Shown here: positions 10,899 to 20,250 of the stretch, piece after piece | Layout of the letters: every line of letters starts with the position of its first letter | Position numbering within the stretch: position 1 is the stretch's first letter | Origin: Longimicrobiales bacterium | GTDB taxonomy: Bacteria > Gemmatimonadota > Gemmatimonadetes > Longimicrobiales > Gaopeijiaceae | Length of the DNA stretch: 64,000 nucleotides | NCBI GenBank assembly: GCA_965226375.1 | Contig: CBDDCX010000008.1 | Coordinates: 2,112,001 to 2,176,000 of the forward strand | Direction: 5' to 3' | Position numbers and translations under genes: made by a program | Notes under the pieces: generated by a model | What the model was told of the DNA's origin: nothing | Seen by the model: the letters and a program-made list of their open reading frames with translations, nothing else | Databases searched by the model: none

Positions 10899-11409
10899 CC
10901 AGACCGATACGCGGACCGGCGGCCCCTATCCGAGCCTCGACAGCCGCCAACTTACGGTAGAGGGGATCCCACTTGGCGCCCACGAGGCCGGTCACCACGG
11001 CACCGACGATGGCCAGAAGGGGAATCGAGGCGCCACCCTGGCCCAGAGAAGCCAGCATCCTGCGGGCCTCGGCCCACCCCGCGTCCGGACCACCCCGCAC
11101 GGGCATGTCGAAGATCAGGGACGAGATCATCAGCCCGAACAGGCCGGCCAACACGGACGTGAGCAGATACCAGCCGACCACCGATCCAGCCAGACGCCCC
11201 GCACGTCCTCTCCGCATGAGCCCGGCGATGGCCGGGCTGAGGGCCGCGAAGATCAGGACCGGGACGAGGCGGATGACCCACCGGATCAGGACGATGATCG
11301 CACCGGAAACCGGTGCCAACGGATCCGGGAACAGACCCCCGAGTGCGATGCCCGTGATCAACACCACGAGCATCCATACGTAGCCGGGCACTGCCGACAG
11401 CTTGCTCAA
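10895..11409 (-). pseudogene. Dicarboxylate/amino acid:cation symporter-like membrane protein, N-terminal fragment
   Basis: Hydrophobic helices with IRLVPVLIFAAL ... GRLAGSVVGWYLLTS. Far shorter than a full transporter and collides with the ADOP fragment. Confidence 0.55.
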
Positions 11410-11427
11410 GACGCTGCGGGCCAGGAT

Positions 11428-11871
11428 CTACCTCCGTTCAATGGCATTATCCATGTCCGCAGCGATGAGCCAACGGCCTCGAGCGTCCCGCCGAAGTGCT
11501 AGGAGGAACTTCCCCTGATCCAGCGCCTCGCCGTAGGCGTAGAGCCCCACGATGTAGCCCACGTCGCTTCCGGCCCCATAGGCCAGAGCCTTCAGGACCA
11601 GATCCCCACTCGGGTCATCATAGCGCCCACGGATGGCCGCACGCCCGCGCGCCGGACGTCGCTGGTTCGAGAGGACGAAGCCATCCTCGGTAAAGAGGTC
11701 CGCGAGTCCGTCTCCGTTCCCTGCCTCCCAGCGCTCCTCGTAGTCCCGAAGGACACGGTCGAGCTCGGCCGGGAGCGTTACGTACGGAATGGCCTCTCCC
11801 AACTCGCCGTCCTGGGCCGTCACCCCGCCCGGCAGAACCGTTACCAGCAAGAGCAGAATCAACAGTTTCAT
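11428..11871 (-). CDS. Secreted NTF2-like (DUF4440/YybH) protein
   Basis: Signal peptide MKLLILLLLVTVLPGGVTAQ, and motifs LADLFTEDG, RGRAAIR, GKFLLALRR, WLIAADMDN. Confidence 0.7.
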   Translation of the reverse strand: MKLLILLLLVTVLPGGVTAQDGELGEAIPYVTLPAELDRVLRDYEERWEAGNGDGLADLFTEDGFVLSNQRRPARGRAAIRGRYDDPSGDLVLKALAYGAGSDVGYIVGLYAYGEALDQGKFLLALRRDARGRWLIAADMDNAIERR

Positions 11872-11986
11872 TCTCCCATCCCCGTTCGAAGTCGAGAACT
11901 CCGCGAACGGCCACCGCCGCCGCCACACATCCTGACAGAATAGTAACAGTCCGTAACCTGGGTCCACGCCAGACGGCGACAGCCCA

Positions 11987-13243
11987 CTAGTTCACCAACC
12001 GATTGTATTTCCGAAGCACCTCACGAAGCCGGTCGTGGGGTAACGCGAACACCGTGACATCGTTCGCTCCCGTCATGGTCTCGGCCGCCACAAGGGCGTT
12101 GATCACTGCCTCCTCCGTCGCCTGCACCGTAGCTGCGAAGAGCCCGTTCAGATCACGGTTCGTCAGCATCTCGAGTCCGATCGGGCTCTCGAGCTCCGAA
12201 GCTGAATCCCGGTTAGCCGTGGAGAACGCGATGAAAATGTCGCCGGAACCGTTTCCCGATGTGCTCCCGTTCCGGGCCAGACCCAGGGAGATGCGCCTCG
12301 CCACCCGCTTCAGTTGATGGGGTAGGATCGGAGCGTCGGTCGCGACAATGACGATGATGGAGCCTTCACGGTCCGAGGCGTCCGCACCATCCTCGAGTGC
12401 ACCCTGCTCAGCGTCGGGACGCGCGGGCAGCAGGTCCGGGATTTCCACGCCAACGGGTACACCGGCGACCCGGAAGGGCGGGCGGCCTCCGTAGTTGCAC
12501 TGCACTAGGACGCCCAATGTGTAGGTCGCCCCGTCGTAGTCGACCATCCGGGACGAGGTACCGATCCCCCCCTTGAAGCGGTGGCAGATCATGCCGGTAC
12601 CACCCCCGACCGCACCTTCCTCGACCGGTCCTGTGGAGGCGTTGTCGATGGCCGCAAGCGCGTCGTCCACGGTTACGTGCTGTCCGTACACGTCGTTCAG
12701 AGTGCCATCCCAAGTCTCCGCGACCACGGGGAGCGAGGCCAACCACCGGCCTGGTCCCCCTTCACCGCCGAACACCTTGTCGACCCCCCACTGGATCACG
12801 GCGTGATGGACGATCCCGACACTCAACGTGTTGGTGATCATCACCGGTCCCTCCAGGATCCCCGAGTCCTGTACCCAGGTGGTCCCCGTCATCTCGCCGT
12901 CGCCGTTCAGCGAGAACCAGGCGGCAAAAACCGGATCGGGGACATCGGTGCCGCGCGGGAAGACGGCCGTGACTCCCGTGCGGACGGGACCCTCGCCTAT
13001 GACCCTCGGGCCACTCCCACGGATGATGGTCGAATGACCCACCTCGACGCCGGCCACATCGGTGATGGCATTGAGTGATCCGGGCGTGCCCTCGAACGGG
13101 ATGCCGAGGTCACGGGCTCGAGGCTTCTGCGCGGAGGCCGGCGCGGCGAAAGCGATCAGGACTGTGACGGACACGGCCTGCAAAAAGCGGGTGGGATGCC
13201 ACATCGCTCGTTGGCGGATAGGCAGGTGGTTCGGACTCGGCAT
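11987..13243 (-). CDS. P1/S58-family aminopeptidase (DmpA-like), secreted
   Basis: RARDLGI, NAITDVAGVEVGH, VGGGTGM, FKGGIGTSSR, autoprocessing G|SIIVIVATDAP, GSGDIFIAFST. Confidence 0.9.
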   Translation of the reverse strand: MPSPNHLPIRQRAMWHPTRFLQAVSVTVLIAFAAPASAQKPRARDLGIPFEGTPGSLNAITDVAGVEVGHSTIIRGSGPRVIGEGPVRTGVTAVFPRGTDVPDPVFAAWFSLNGDGEMTGTTWVQDSGILEGPVMITNTLSVGIVHHAVIQWGVDKVFGGEGGPGRWLASLPVVAETWDGTLNDVYGQHVTVDDALAAIDNASTGPVEEGAVGGGTGMICHRFKGGIGTSSRMVDYDGATYTLGVLVQCNYGGRPPFRVAGVPVGVEIPDLLPARPDAEQGALEDGADASDREGSIIVIVATDAPILPHQLKRVARRISLGLARNGSTSGNGSGDIFIAFSTANRDSASELESPIGLEMLTNRDLNGLFAATVQATEEAVINALVAAETMTGANDVTVFALPHDRLREVLRKYNRLVN

Positions 13244-13332
13244 GATCGATCCTCCGGCATGATTCGGGAGCGGCGGCGGAGCACCGAAATGAGCGGTCGA
13301 GCCGTCCCGTTGCAAGGCGACCCCCGTGGGCC

Positions 13333-14447
13333 CTACCGCCCCCCTCCCGCCATGGTGGCACCCGCCGCCTCCACCAGCTCGATGGCCAATCGATCGAGAT
13401 CTTCGATCATGAACGCCCGGATGTCACCGAAGGGATGCGGCTCCTCGAGAATGGTCACACGGTCTCGGCGTAGCCGCTCGAACCACGCGTCCAGGTCGTC
13501 GACCGTGAACGCCACGTGGTCGAACACCTGACCTCGCGACGGGACCAGCGGCTGATCGGTACCGCAACGCCCCTCGACACACTGGCGGGGATACCACGAC
13601 ATGCTGCCGTTCGCGAACCGCACACCGCCTCGCGGACCACGGATCGTCCCGACGGACTCCAGAGACGGCCAGCTCGCCTCCGCCGTGCCCACTTCGCAGG
13701 GATCGTAGAGCGGCCGACGGGACTCGGTTCCCGAGTCGTCTCGCATGGGCGGAAGCTCCATACCCAGATGCTCCACGTACCAGTTTGCTGCACACAGTGG
13801 CTGCTCGTGATAGAAGTGCACGTGAGCGAACGAGTCCCTCGTGTTCGGGCCCCCGACGATCTCGAACAGGGCCCCATCGGGGCCCAGCACGTAGCGGAAG
13901 CCGCCATCCTGCGGGTCGGTCGCTTCGGCCTCAGCGATCAGGGCCGCGGTCCGGATACCCGCGTAGGGCGATAGACCCGAGCGCCATACCCCCTCGGTGT
14001 CCGCGGAGGAGGTAAAAAGGGGCAGGTGGTCCACACCGATCGTGGCGAGCCGGTCCCGAACGTCGGTCGTGTTGGTGTTGGCACCGATGTGCCAGAAGGC
14101 GCTCTGGGCGTCGGCCCGGCCCAGGTCCTCCCGATACGCCCCCGAAGGTGGTGAGTCCACCTCATTGAGAGGACGAACATGTCCCCCTCCACGGCAGAGT
14201 GCCCAGCGACCTCAGTCCTCGACGCCGAGGGCCAGACCCTCAGATACCACTCGATGGCCGCATCCGTGTCGACCGAATTGAGCATGACGTGGTGAAGACT
14301 GGGGGCCGACACTTCGGTCCCCCGGGCCTCGGCACCTCCATCCGGATCGTCGCCGGCGGCACACGCCCCCAAGAGAAGCACCAATCCCCCCACTACGGAT
14401 AGGGCCGGAATAGCGCCCCGGACTCCGAGTCGAACGTACTTCATCAT
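13333..14447 (-). CDS. Glyoxalase/VOC-fold lipoprotein with one apparent frameshift near 14165
   Basis: ORF 13938-14483 gives the lipobox (LGAC) and LHHVMLNSVD. ORF 13333-14160 continues to FDHVAFTVDDL ... IELVE. A single missing base joins them. Confidence 0.65.
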
Positions 14448-14634
14448 CCCATCCCCGTCAGAAAGGAACGTCCATGATCTCACCAGGTCCAGCGACCGTC
14501 AAACCCGGTCCCCTCCTTGCGGGTGCCGGGTCTCCTCTCACCGCGGCGACCGCGTGTCCCGTCCTTGCGGCGCCGCGTGTCCGGCCGTACCGATCGATGA
14601 CCCTATTCCCGTTTCCCAAGCCGGATCGTCGGTG

Positions 14635-15738
14635 ATGAAGAACACGTTGCGCGGCTCACAGTCCGGTCTTGGCCTACTCGTCCTTCTTGTATGCACGGTG
14701 ACGACGTATTGGACTCCCCGGCGGATCACGGCTCAGCAGGCTCCCTCCAACGATCTTCCTACGGTCGTCGTGCTGTCGACCGGCGGAACCATCGCCAGCG
14801 TCTACGACCCCGAGAGAGGCGGATACGCACCGGCCCTCAGCGGAGAGGACCTGATCTCCGCCGTTCCCGGAATCACCGATCTCGCACGCCTAGAGGTCGA
14901 ACAGGTCTCCAATATCGCGAGCACCGACATGACACCCGCGCTCTGGCTCGAGATTTCGAGACGAAGCAACACGCTCCTGTCACGACCCGACGTAGCGGGA
15001 ATCATCGTGACCCACGGAACCGACACTCTGGAAGAAACCGCGTTCTTCCTCGACCTCACGGTGACCAGCGACAAGCCGGTGATCCTGGTGGGGGCCCAGC
15101 GAGCTGCCTCGGAACCGGACAGTGATGGGCCGAGAAACCTGGGCGACGCGGTCCGCGTGGCCGTGTCCGAAGCGGCGCTTGGAATGGGGACGCTGGTGGT
15201 GATGAACGGGGAGATCAACGCGGCCAGGGAAGTGACCAAGACCCACACCATGCGGGTGGAGACCTTTCAGTCGCTCGAGTACGGCCGCCTCGGCACCGTG
15301 GACCCGGACGGGGTGCGGTTCTACCGAGCCCCCCTGAGACGGCAGTCCATTCCGCTCCCTTCCGACAGCGAGTTGGGCCGCGTCGAGATCGTGTCGACCT
15401 ACGCCGGAGCCGACGGTCGCCTGGTACGTGGCCTCATGGCCCTGGGGGGACTCGACGGGCTGGTCGTGGAGGCCGCCGGGGTAGGCAATCTGGCGGGAGC
15501 TCTCTTCGACGCGCTCGTCGAGGTGCGCGACGCGGGCATCCCCGTGGTGGTGAGCACCCGGGTCAATACGGGACGGACGCTGCCGCTCTACGCCGGTAAG
15601 GGGAGCGGCGTGAGCCTCAGCGAGATCGGATGTATCTTCGCGGACAACCTGAGTCCGCAAAAAGCCCGGGTCATGCTGCTGGCGGCCATTGCCGCCGCAG
15701 ACGACCCTGGGGAAATCGAGGCGTACTTCTCCCGCTAA
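14635..15738 (+). CDS. L-asparaginase (type II-like, exported)
   Basis: STGGTIAS and HGTDTLEET catalytic motifs, SDGPRNL, and an N-terminal signal-like segment. Confidence 0.9.
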   Translation: MKNTLRGSQSGLGLLVLLVCTVTTYWTPRRITAQQAPSNDLPTVVVLSTGGTIASVYDPERGGYAPALSGEDLISAVPGITDLARLEVEQVSNIASTDMTPALWLEISRRSNTLLSRPDVAGIIVTHGTDTLEETAFFLDLTVTSDKPVILVGAQRAASEPDSDGPRNLGDAVRVAVSEAALGMGTLVVMNGEINAAREVTKTHTMRVETFQSLEYGRLGTVDPDGVRFYRAPLRRQSIPLPSDSELGRVEIVSTYAGADGRLVRGLMALGGLDGLVVEAAGVGNLAGALFDALVEVRDAGIPVVVSTRVNTGRTLPLYAGKGSGVSLSEIGCIFADNLSPQKARVMLLAAIAAADDPGEIEAYFSR

Positions 15739-16892
15739 ACCGTGGCGACGTCGGCCGCGGGCCTCCCGACAATCCGTTCATAGGACTCGGCATCGGTGGC
15801 TCCCTCGGTCAGGATCACGAGGACACGGGCGTCTTCTCCCAACCGCAGCGCGGCCCTCAGCGACGTCTCTCCTGAAGCTCGTTCAAGTCCCGCCAGACCG
15901 GCCACTCCTGATTCCCCCGCCACCACGGCAACGTCACCGCCCCGGCCTTCGGCGAGCCTTCTCATGAGCGGCTCCACACGCTCATCCTCCGCGGTCATGA
16001 ACGCATCTACCCCAGGGTCCAGGATGGTCCAAGCCAAGGGCGAAATCTCCCCGCAAGAAAGGCCGCCCATGATCGTGTGCAGCGAGCCACGCGCGCGCGA
16101 AGGCTCGCCGGCGATTGCGCTCTGAAGAAGACAGTCGGCCTCCTCGGGTTCGACGATCGTCATGATAGGACGCGCCGCACCGTCCAGCTCCCAGAGGTGG
16201 CCGCACACGGTCGCTGCCAACCCGCCAACGCCGCCCTGGAGAAAGATGTGGGTGGGTCGCACTCCGCTCGGCATCTGTGCTAGTAGCTCGTCTACCATCA
16301 CGCTATACCCCTGCATCACCCAGCGCGGGACATCCTGGTACCCCTCGTAGGAGGTGTCCGATACGACGTGCCATCCGTTGCGCCGGGCGTCTGCGTCGGC
16401 CAGGGCCACCGCCTCGTCGTACGTCCCGGAGACTCGCACCGTGCGCGCGCCGAAAGCCGCGATCTCAGCCACACGCCGGTCCGTCACGTGCTCGGGAAGG
16501 TAGATGACGGATCTACAGCCATGAGTTCGGGCTCCCCAGGCTACCGAACGGCCATGATTACCGTCTGTCGCGGTGGTCACGGTCACCGTGTGGCTATGAG
16601 CATGACGAGCGTCGCCAAGCTCGCGCTCCAGGACACGCAAGACTCCATATGCCCCGCCCAGTGCCTTGAAGCTTCCGAGACCGAACCGCCCTGACTCGTC
16701 TTTTACCCAGACCTCGCCGACCCCCAGCCCGCGAGCCAGGGCGGGGAGAGAGTGCAGCGGGGTTGGAGCGTAGCCTGGCCAGGCCCGGATTTCTGCCGCC
16801 GCCCGCTCGTACTCCGCCAGGCTGATGACGGCCCGCTCAGCATCTCCGTAGAGACGCCCACGGTCGAGATTCGGATTGAGAAGATGAGTCAT
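15735..16892 (-). CDS. dpaL: Diaminopropionate ammonia-lyase (PLP)
   Basis: KDESGRFGLGSFKALGGAY, ATDGNHGRSVAW, QGGVGGLA, TIMGGLSCGE, TEGATD. Confidence 0.85.
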   Translation of the reverse strand: MTHLLNPNLDRGRLYGDAERAVISLAEYERAAAEIRAWPGYAPTPLHSLPALARGLGVGEVWVKDESGRFGLGSFKALGGAYGVLRVLERELGDARHAHSHTVTVTTATDGNHGRSVAWGARTHGCRSVIYLPEHVTDRRVAEIAAFGARTVRVSGTYDEAVALADADARRNGWHVVSDTSYEGYQDVPRWVMQGYSVMVDELLAQMPSGVRPTHIFLQGGVGGLAATVCGHLWELDGAARPIMTIVEPEEADCLLQSAIAGEPSRARGSLHTIMGGLSCGEISPLAWTILDPGVDAFMTAEDERVEPLMRRLAEGRGGDVAVVAGESGVAGLAGLERASGETSLRAALRLGEDARVLVILTEGATDAESYERIVGRPAADVATV

Positions 16893-17042
16893 TCCGGCAG
16901 ACTAGGCGTACCGGGTCACTCTGGCCACTCGTCGATCAAGTGCGGGGTCGCTTCCGACGCCGCTCCGTGGTATAGCTGATAATCGGAGTCGGCCCCAAAT
17001 CGCTGAGCGGCCTCCCGGTCCTGATCCCGTCGAACGGAGCGC

Positions 17043-18203
17043 TTGAGCACCGACATGGCCCACCGTCCTCTCGTCTCACCCCACGATCAGAGCGCGACCT
17101 TCGTGGAGCTCTTCTTCGATTTGGTGTTCGTGTTCGGGATCACGCAGGTCGCAGCGCTACTCCATCACGGCCTGAATTGGACCTCGGCCGCGCAGGGAAT
17201 TGTCGTGTTCTGGATGATCTGGTGGGGCTGGACGCAGTTCACCTGGTCGTTCAACGCCGCCGACACCACACATCCGTTCGTCGAGTTCAGCGCCCTAATC
17301 GCCACGGCCATCGCGTTCTTCATGGCCGTGGCCGTACCCGACGCGTTTGCGGGCGGGGCGCTCTGGTTTGCGGGGCCGTACGTCGCGCTTCGCCTCTTGG
17401 GGTTGGGACTCTACACGACCGTCATGTGGCAAAGCGAGATGGGACGCAGGGCCGTCGGTCTCTTCGCGACGTCTTCTCTGGGCGGTTTCACCGCCGTGGT
17501 CCTGGGAGCGTTCTCGACCGAAAACCAGGCACTGTTTTGGGGCCTGGCCATCTTGCTCGACGTAGTCGCCGCTCTGATCGCAGGGCGCCAACAGGGGTGG
17601 GACCTCCACCCCGAACACTTTGCAGAACGCCACGGACTGATCGTGATCATCGCCTTGGGCGAATCGTTGATCGTGGCGGCAGGAGGGCTCGCGGGCGAGC
17701 CACGTACCGTGGAACTGATGGTCGTCGGCTTGCTCGCCGTCGCCATCACATGCGGCCTGTGGTGGACTTACTTCCCGGTGGCGAAGCCTGAACTCGAGCG
17801 CGCTCTCGAGACCGCCGACGAGAAGGAGCTGGTAAAGCTCGCGCGTGACCCGTTCAGCCTCGGGCACTTTCCGATGTTGTGCGGGATCATTGCGTTCGTA
17901 GTGGCGATCGAAGAAGCAGTGGCGCACCCGGGCGATCCCCTATCGGGCGGCGCACGCTTCGCGCTTTCACTGGGACTCTTCGCCTTCGTGGGGGGCCTTG
18001 CGTTCGCCCTTTGGCGCGCGAGCTGTCGCGTCAGGATCGGGCGTATCATCGTGACCGTAATCACGTCGTGCGCCGTCTACCTGCTAACGGACGTGGCGGC
18101 CGTGGTCAGCCTGGCGGTGGCCTTCGCTGGAGTGGCTACGGTAGCCCTCCTAGAGGAGAAGACCGCGGAGCGGCTCCGGGACCACCCAGCCGCGTCTAGC
18201 TAG
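17043..18203 (+). CDS. Low temperature requirement protein A (LtrA) family membrane protein
   Basis: ELFFDLVFVF, HFAERHGLIVIIALGES, multiple transmembrane segments. Confidence 0.85.
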   Translation: MSTDMAHRPLVSPHDQSATFVELFFDLVFVFGITQVAALLHHGLNWTSAAQGIVVFWMIWWGWTQFTWSFNAADTTHPFVEFSALIATAIAFFMAVAVPDAFAGGALWFAGPYVALRLLGLGLYTTVMWQSEMGRRAVGLFATSSLGGFTAVVLGAFSTENQALFWGLAILLDVVAALIAGRQQGWDLHPEHFAERHGLIVIIALGESLIVAAGGLAGEPRTVELMVVGLLAVAITCGLWWTYFPVAKPELERALETADEKELVKLARDPFSLGHFPMLCGIIAFVVAIEEAVAHPGDPLSGGARFALSLGLFAFVGGLAFALWRASCRVRIGRIIVTVITSCAVYLLTDVAAVVSLAVAFAGVATVALLEEKTAERLRDHPAASS

Positions 18204-18261
18204 TGTGGTTCGACACGAAACCCGCGACCGCCTCGCGGTGCGATGTCTGCGACGGTTCAAT

Positions 18262-18681
18262 CTACAGGTGCTGACCCAGCCGTTCCTGTAGAACCTTGCG
18301 ATACTTGCGAGAGAGCGGGAGCTGCTCGCCGTCCGTCAGGATCACCATCAACTCTCCCTTGAACCAGGGCTGGATCTCCTTGATGCGATCCAGATTCACG
18401 ATGGTAGAACGGTGGATGCGCACGAACTGCCCCGAGTCGAGACGGCGTTCGAGAGCCGTCATGGTGTCACGGACCAGATGATCGTCTTCTCCCACATGCA
18501 GCCGGGCGTAATTCCCATCGGCCCCGATCCAGTCGATCTCCGACACCTTAAGTAGGTGAACCCGGCCCCTGGACTTCACCACAAGCCGGTCCAACGGAGT
18601 CGAGCGCTGCCCCGCCAGGTCCTCGATCAACCCGACCATCCGCTTCCGGAGGTCACCGAGGCCGTCGCCCGTGGTCGGCAC
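18262..18681 (-). pseudogene. LytTR response regulator, C-terminal part (receiver domain missing)
   Basis: IDWIGADGNY, FVRIHRSTIVN, LSRKYR. Upstream sequence switches abruptly to an opposite-strand permease tail. Confidence 0.75.
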
Positions 18682-18682
18682 A

Positions 18683-18751
18683 CTAGGTGCCTATCTGCCG
18701 GCCCGCCGCGTGCTCCGAGTCGATCCGGTGGACGCTTTGAAGGAGGAGTGA
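18683..18751 (+). pseudogene. Last ~22 codons of an ADOP permease
   Basis: Translates as LGAYLPARRVLRVDPVDALKEE*, the same C-terminal motif seen in the complete ADOP genes in this window. Confidence 0.75.
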
Positions 18752-18790
18752 GCGCCCGACCTTTGGCGCTCCGACGGTGTTAGAAGCTGC

Positions 18791-19708
18791 ATGATCGACC
18801 ACGAGACGAGGTCCGCACCCCGAGGCCGCAGGCTGCGGGTAGCGTTCTTGGCCATTGGACTCACGGCCTGCGGCAGCTCCACAGATACGCCTCCTGGCCC
18901 ACAGATCTTTGCGCCGGGTGCAGTGTCCACCGAGCTGCTCGAGTTCGCGGTCACCTTCACACCCGATGCGACGACAGCCTACTTCAACCGCACCACCGCC
19001 GACCGGAGCAGCCTCGCGATCATGGTCTCCCGGTGGGACGGGCAATCCTGGTCCGGAGCGGAGGCGGCCCCCTTCTCGGGCGAGCACTTCGACGTCGATC
19101 CCTTTGTAACACCCGACGGCTCACGCCTCTATTTCAGCTCCACTCGACCCACTGCCCCGGGCGATACCCTCCCCGACTTCAACACTTGGTATGTGGACAT
19201 CGATACGGAAGGAGCCGCGGATCCCCAACTTCTTCCAGAGCCGTTCAACACGGACGCGAGCGAAATCTTCGTCTCGGCGACCGACGAAGGCGTGCTCTAT
19301 TTCGGCTCAGACCGGGACGGAACCTCCCGCACCTACCGCGCGGTTCCAGCAAATCGGGGTGGTACCATCGAGGTCGTGGATATCGACATGAATCTGTCCG
19401 ACGGGGTCGGTAATCCACTCGTGTCACCGGACGAGCGCTTCCTGCTGTTCGCCGCCAGCGCCACCACTGGCGCCGGGGAATCCGACATCTACGTGAGTTA
19501 CCGAACGGCGGACGGATGGACACCGGCGGAGATGGTGGGTGGTGATGTGAATTCGGCCTTCACGGATTTCGCCCCCGCTCTGGGTCCGGACGGTGAGTAC
19601 CTCTACTTCACGTCGGAGCGTCCGTGGATCGCCCAGCCCGTCGAGCCGGGCGTGCGCCCGCCGGGCGATGTCTATCGCATCTCTTTGGAGAGCGCTGGAA
19701 TCCGCTGA
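18791..19708 (+). CDS. PD40/TolB-like beta-propeller lipoprotein
   Basis: Lipobox LTAC, and repeated DPFVTPDGSRLYFSSTR, PLVSPDERFLLF, PALGPDGEYLYFTSER. Confidence 0.8.
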   Translation: MIDHETRSAPRGRRLRVAFLAIGLTACGSSTDTPPGPQIFAPGAVSTELLEFAVTFTPDATTAYFNRTTADRSSLAIMVSRWDGQSWSGAEAAPFSGEHFDVDPFVTPDGSRLYFSSTRPTAPGDTLPDFNTWYVDIDTEGAADPQLLPEPFNTDASEIFVSATDEGVLYFGSDRDGTSRTYRAVPANRGGTIEVVDIDMNLSDGVGNPLVSPDERFLLFAASATTGAGESDIYVSYRTADGWTPAEMVGGDVNSAFTDFAPALGPDGEYLYFTSERPWIAQPVEPGVRPPGDVYRISLESAGIR

Positions 19709-19828
19709 CGAGCCAGCCCAGTCCGGGGGTGGGGCACTCCGTACATCTCGTCACCGAACCGAACCAGCGCCAAGAGCACACCCGACCGAGCGCCCCAACT
19801 CGTTCCAACCTTCTGCGGTTGTAGCCCG

Positions 19829-19870
19829 TCTAGTATTGTAGACCATCTACTATTGTAGACGCTCTACAAT
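19829..19870. promoter_or_regulatory. Putative PadR operator array
   Basis: TCTAGTATTGTAGA (19829) and TCTACTATTGTAGA (19846) at a 17-bp period, plus inverted ATTGTAGA-cgc-TCTACAAT (19852-19870), just upstream of padR. Confidence 0.65.
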
Positions 19871-19906
19871 CGACGAGAGACTGCTTCGCAGAGAATCGAC
19901 TGACCC

Positions 19907-20239
19907 ATGACAGACTCCAAGAGGGAACTCCTGCAAGGCACGCTGGACCTGTTGATCCTCAAGACACTCGCCACCGAGTCCCTGCACGGGTGGGGTGTGG
20001 CGAGACGGATCCAGCAGGCCTCCGGCGACGTGCTGCGCATCAACCAAGGATCCCTCTACCCGGCTCTCTACCGACTGCAGGACAAGGGGCTCATCCGGCC
20101 CCGTTGGGGGGAGTCGTCCGATGGGCGTCGAGTGAAGCTTTACTCACTCACCGCCGCGGGCAAGAAGCGATTCCAGGCGGCCAGCCAGGACTGGCAATCC
20201 GTCTCTGCAGCAGTGAACGATGTACTGGCGATGACCTGA
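19907..20239 (+). CDS. PadR-family regulator (acidobacterial type)
   Basis: LLQGTLDLLILKTL, HGWGVARRI, QGSLYPALYRL. Confidence 0.92.
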   Translation: MTDSKRELLQGTLDLLILKTLATESLHGWGVARRIQQASGDVLRINQGSLYPALYRLQDKGLIRPRWGESSDGRRVKLYSLTAAGKKRFQAASQDWQSVSAAVNDVLAMT

Positions 20240-20250
20240 GGGAGGCGATC

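Noticed and set aside
18262..18681. Stand-alone LytTR regulator
   Set aside because: No convincing start or RBS, and the 5' end abuts an inverted permease tail, so truncation is more likely.
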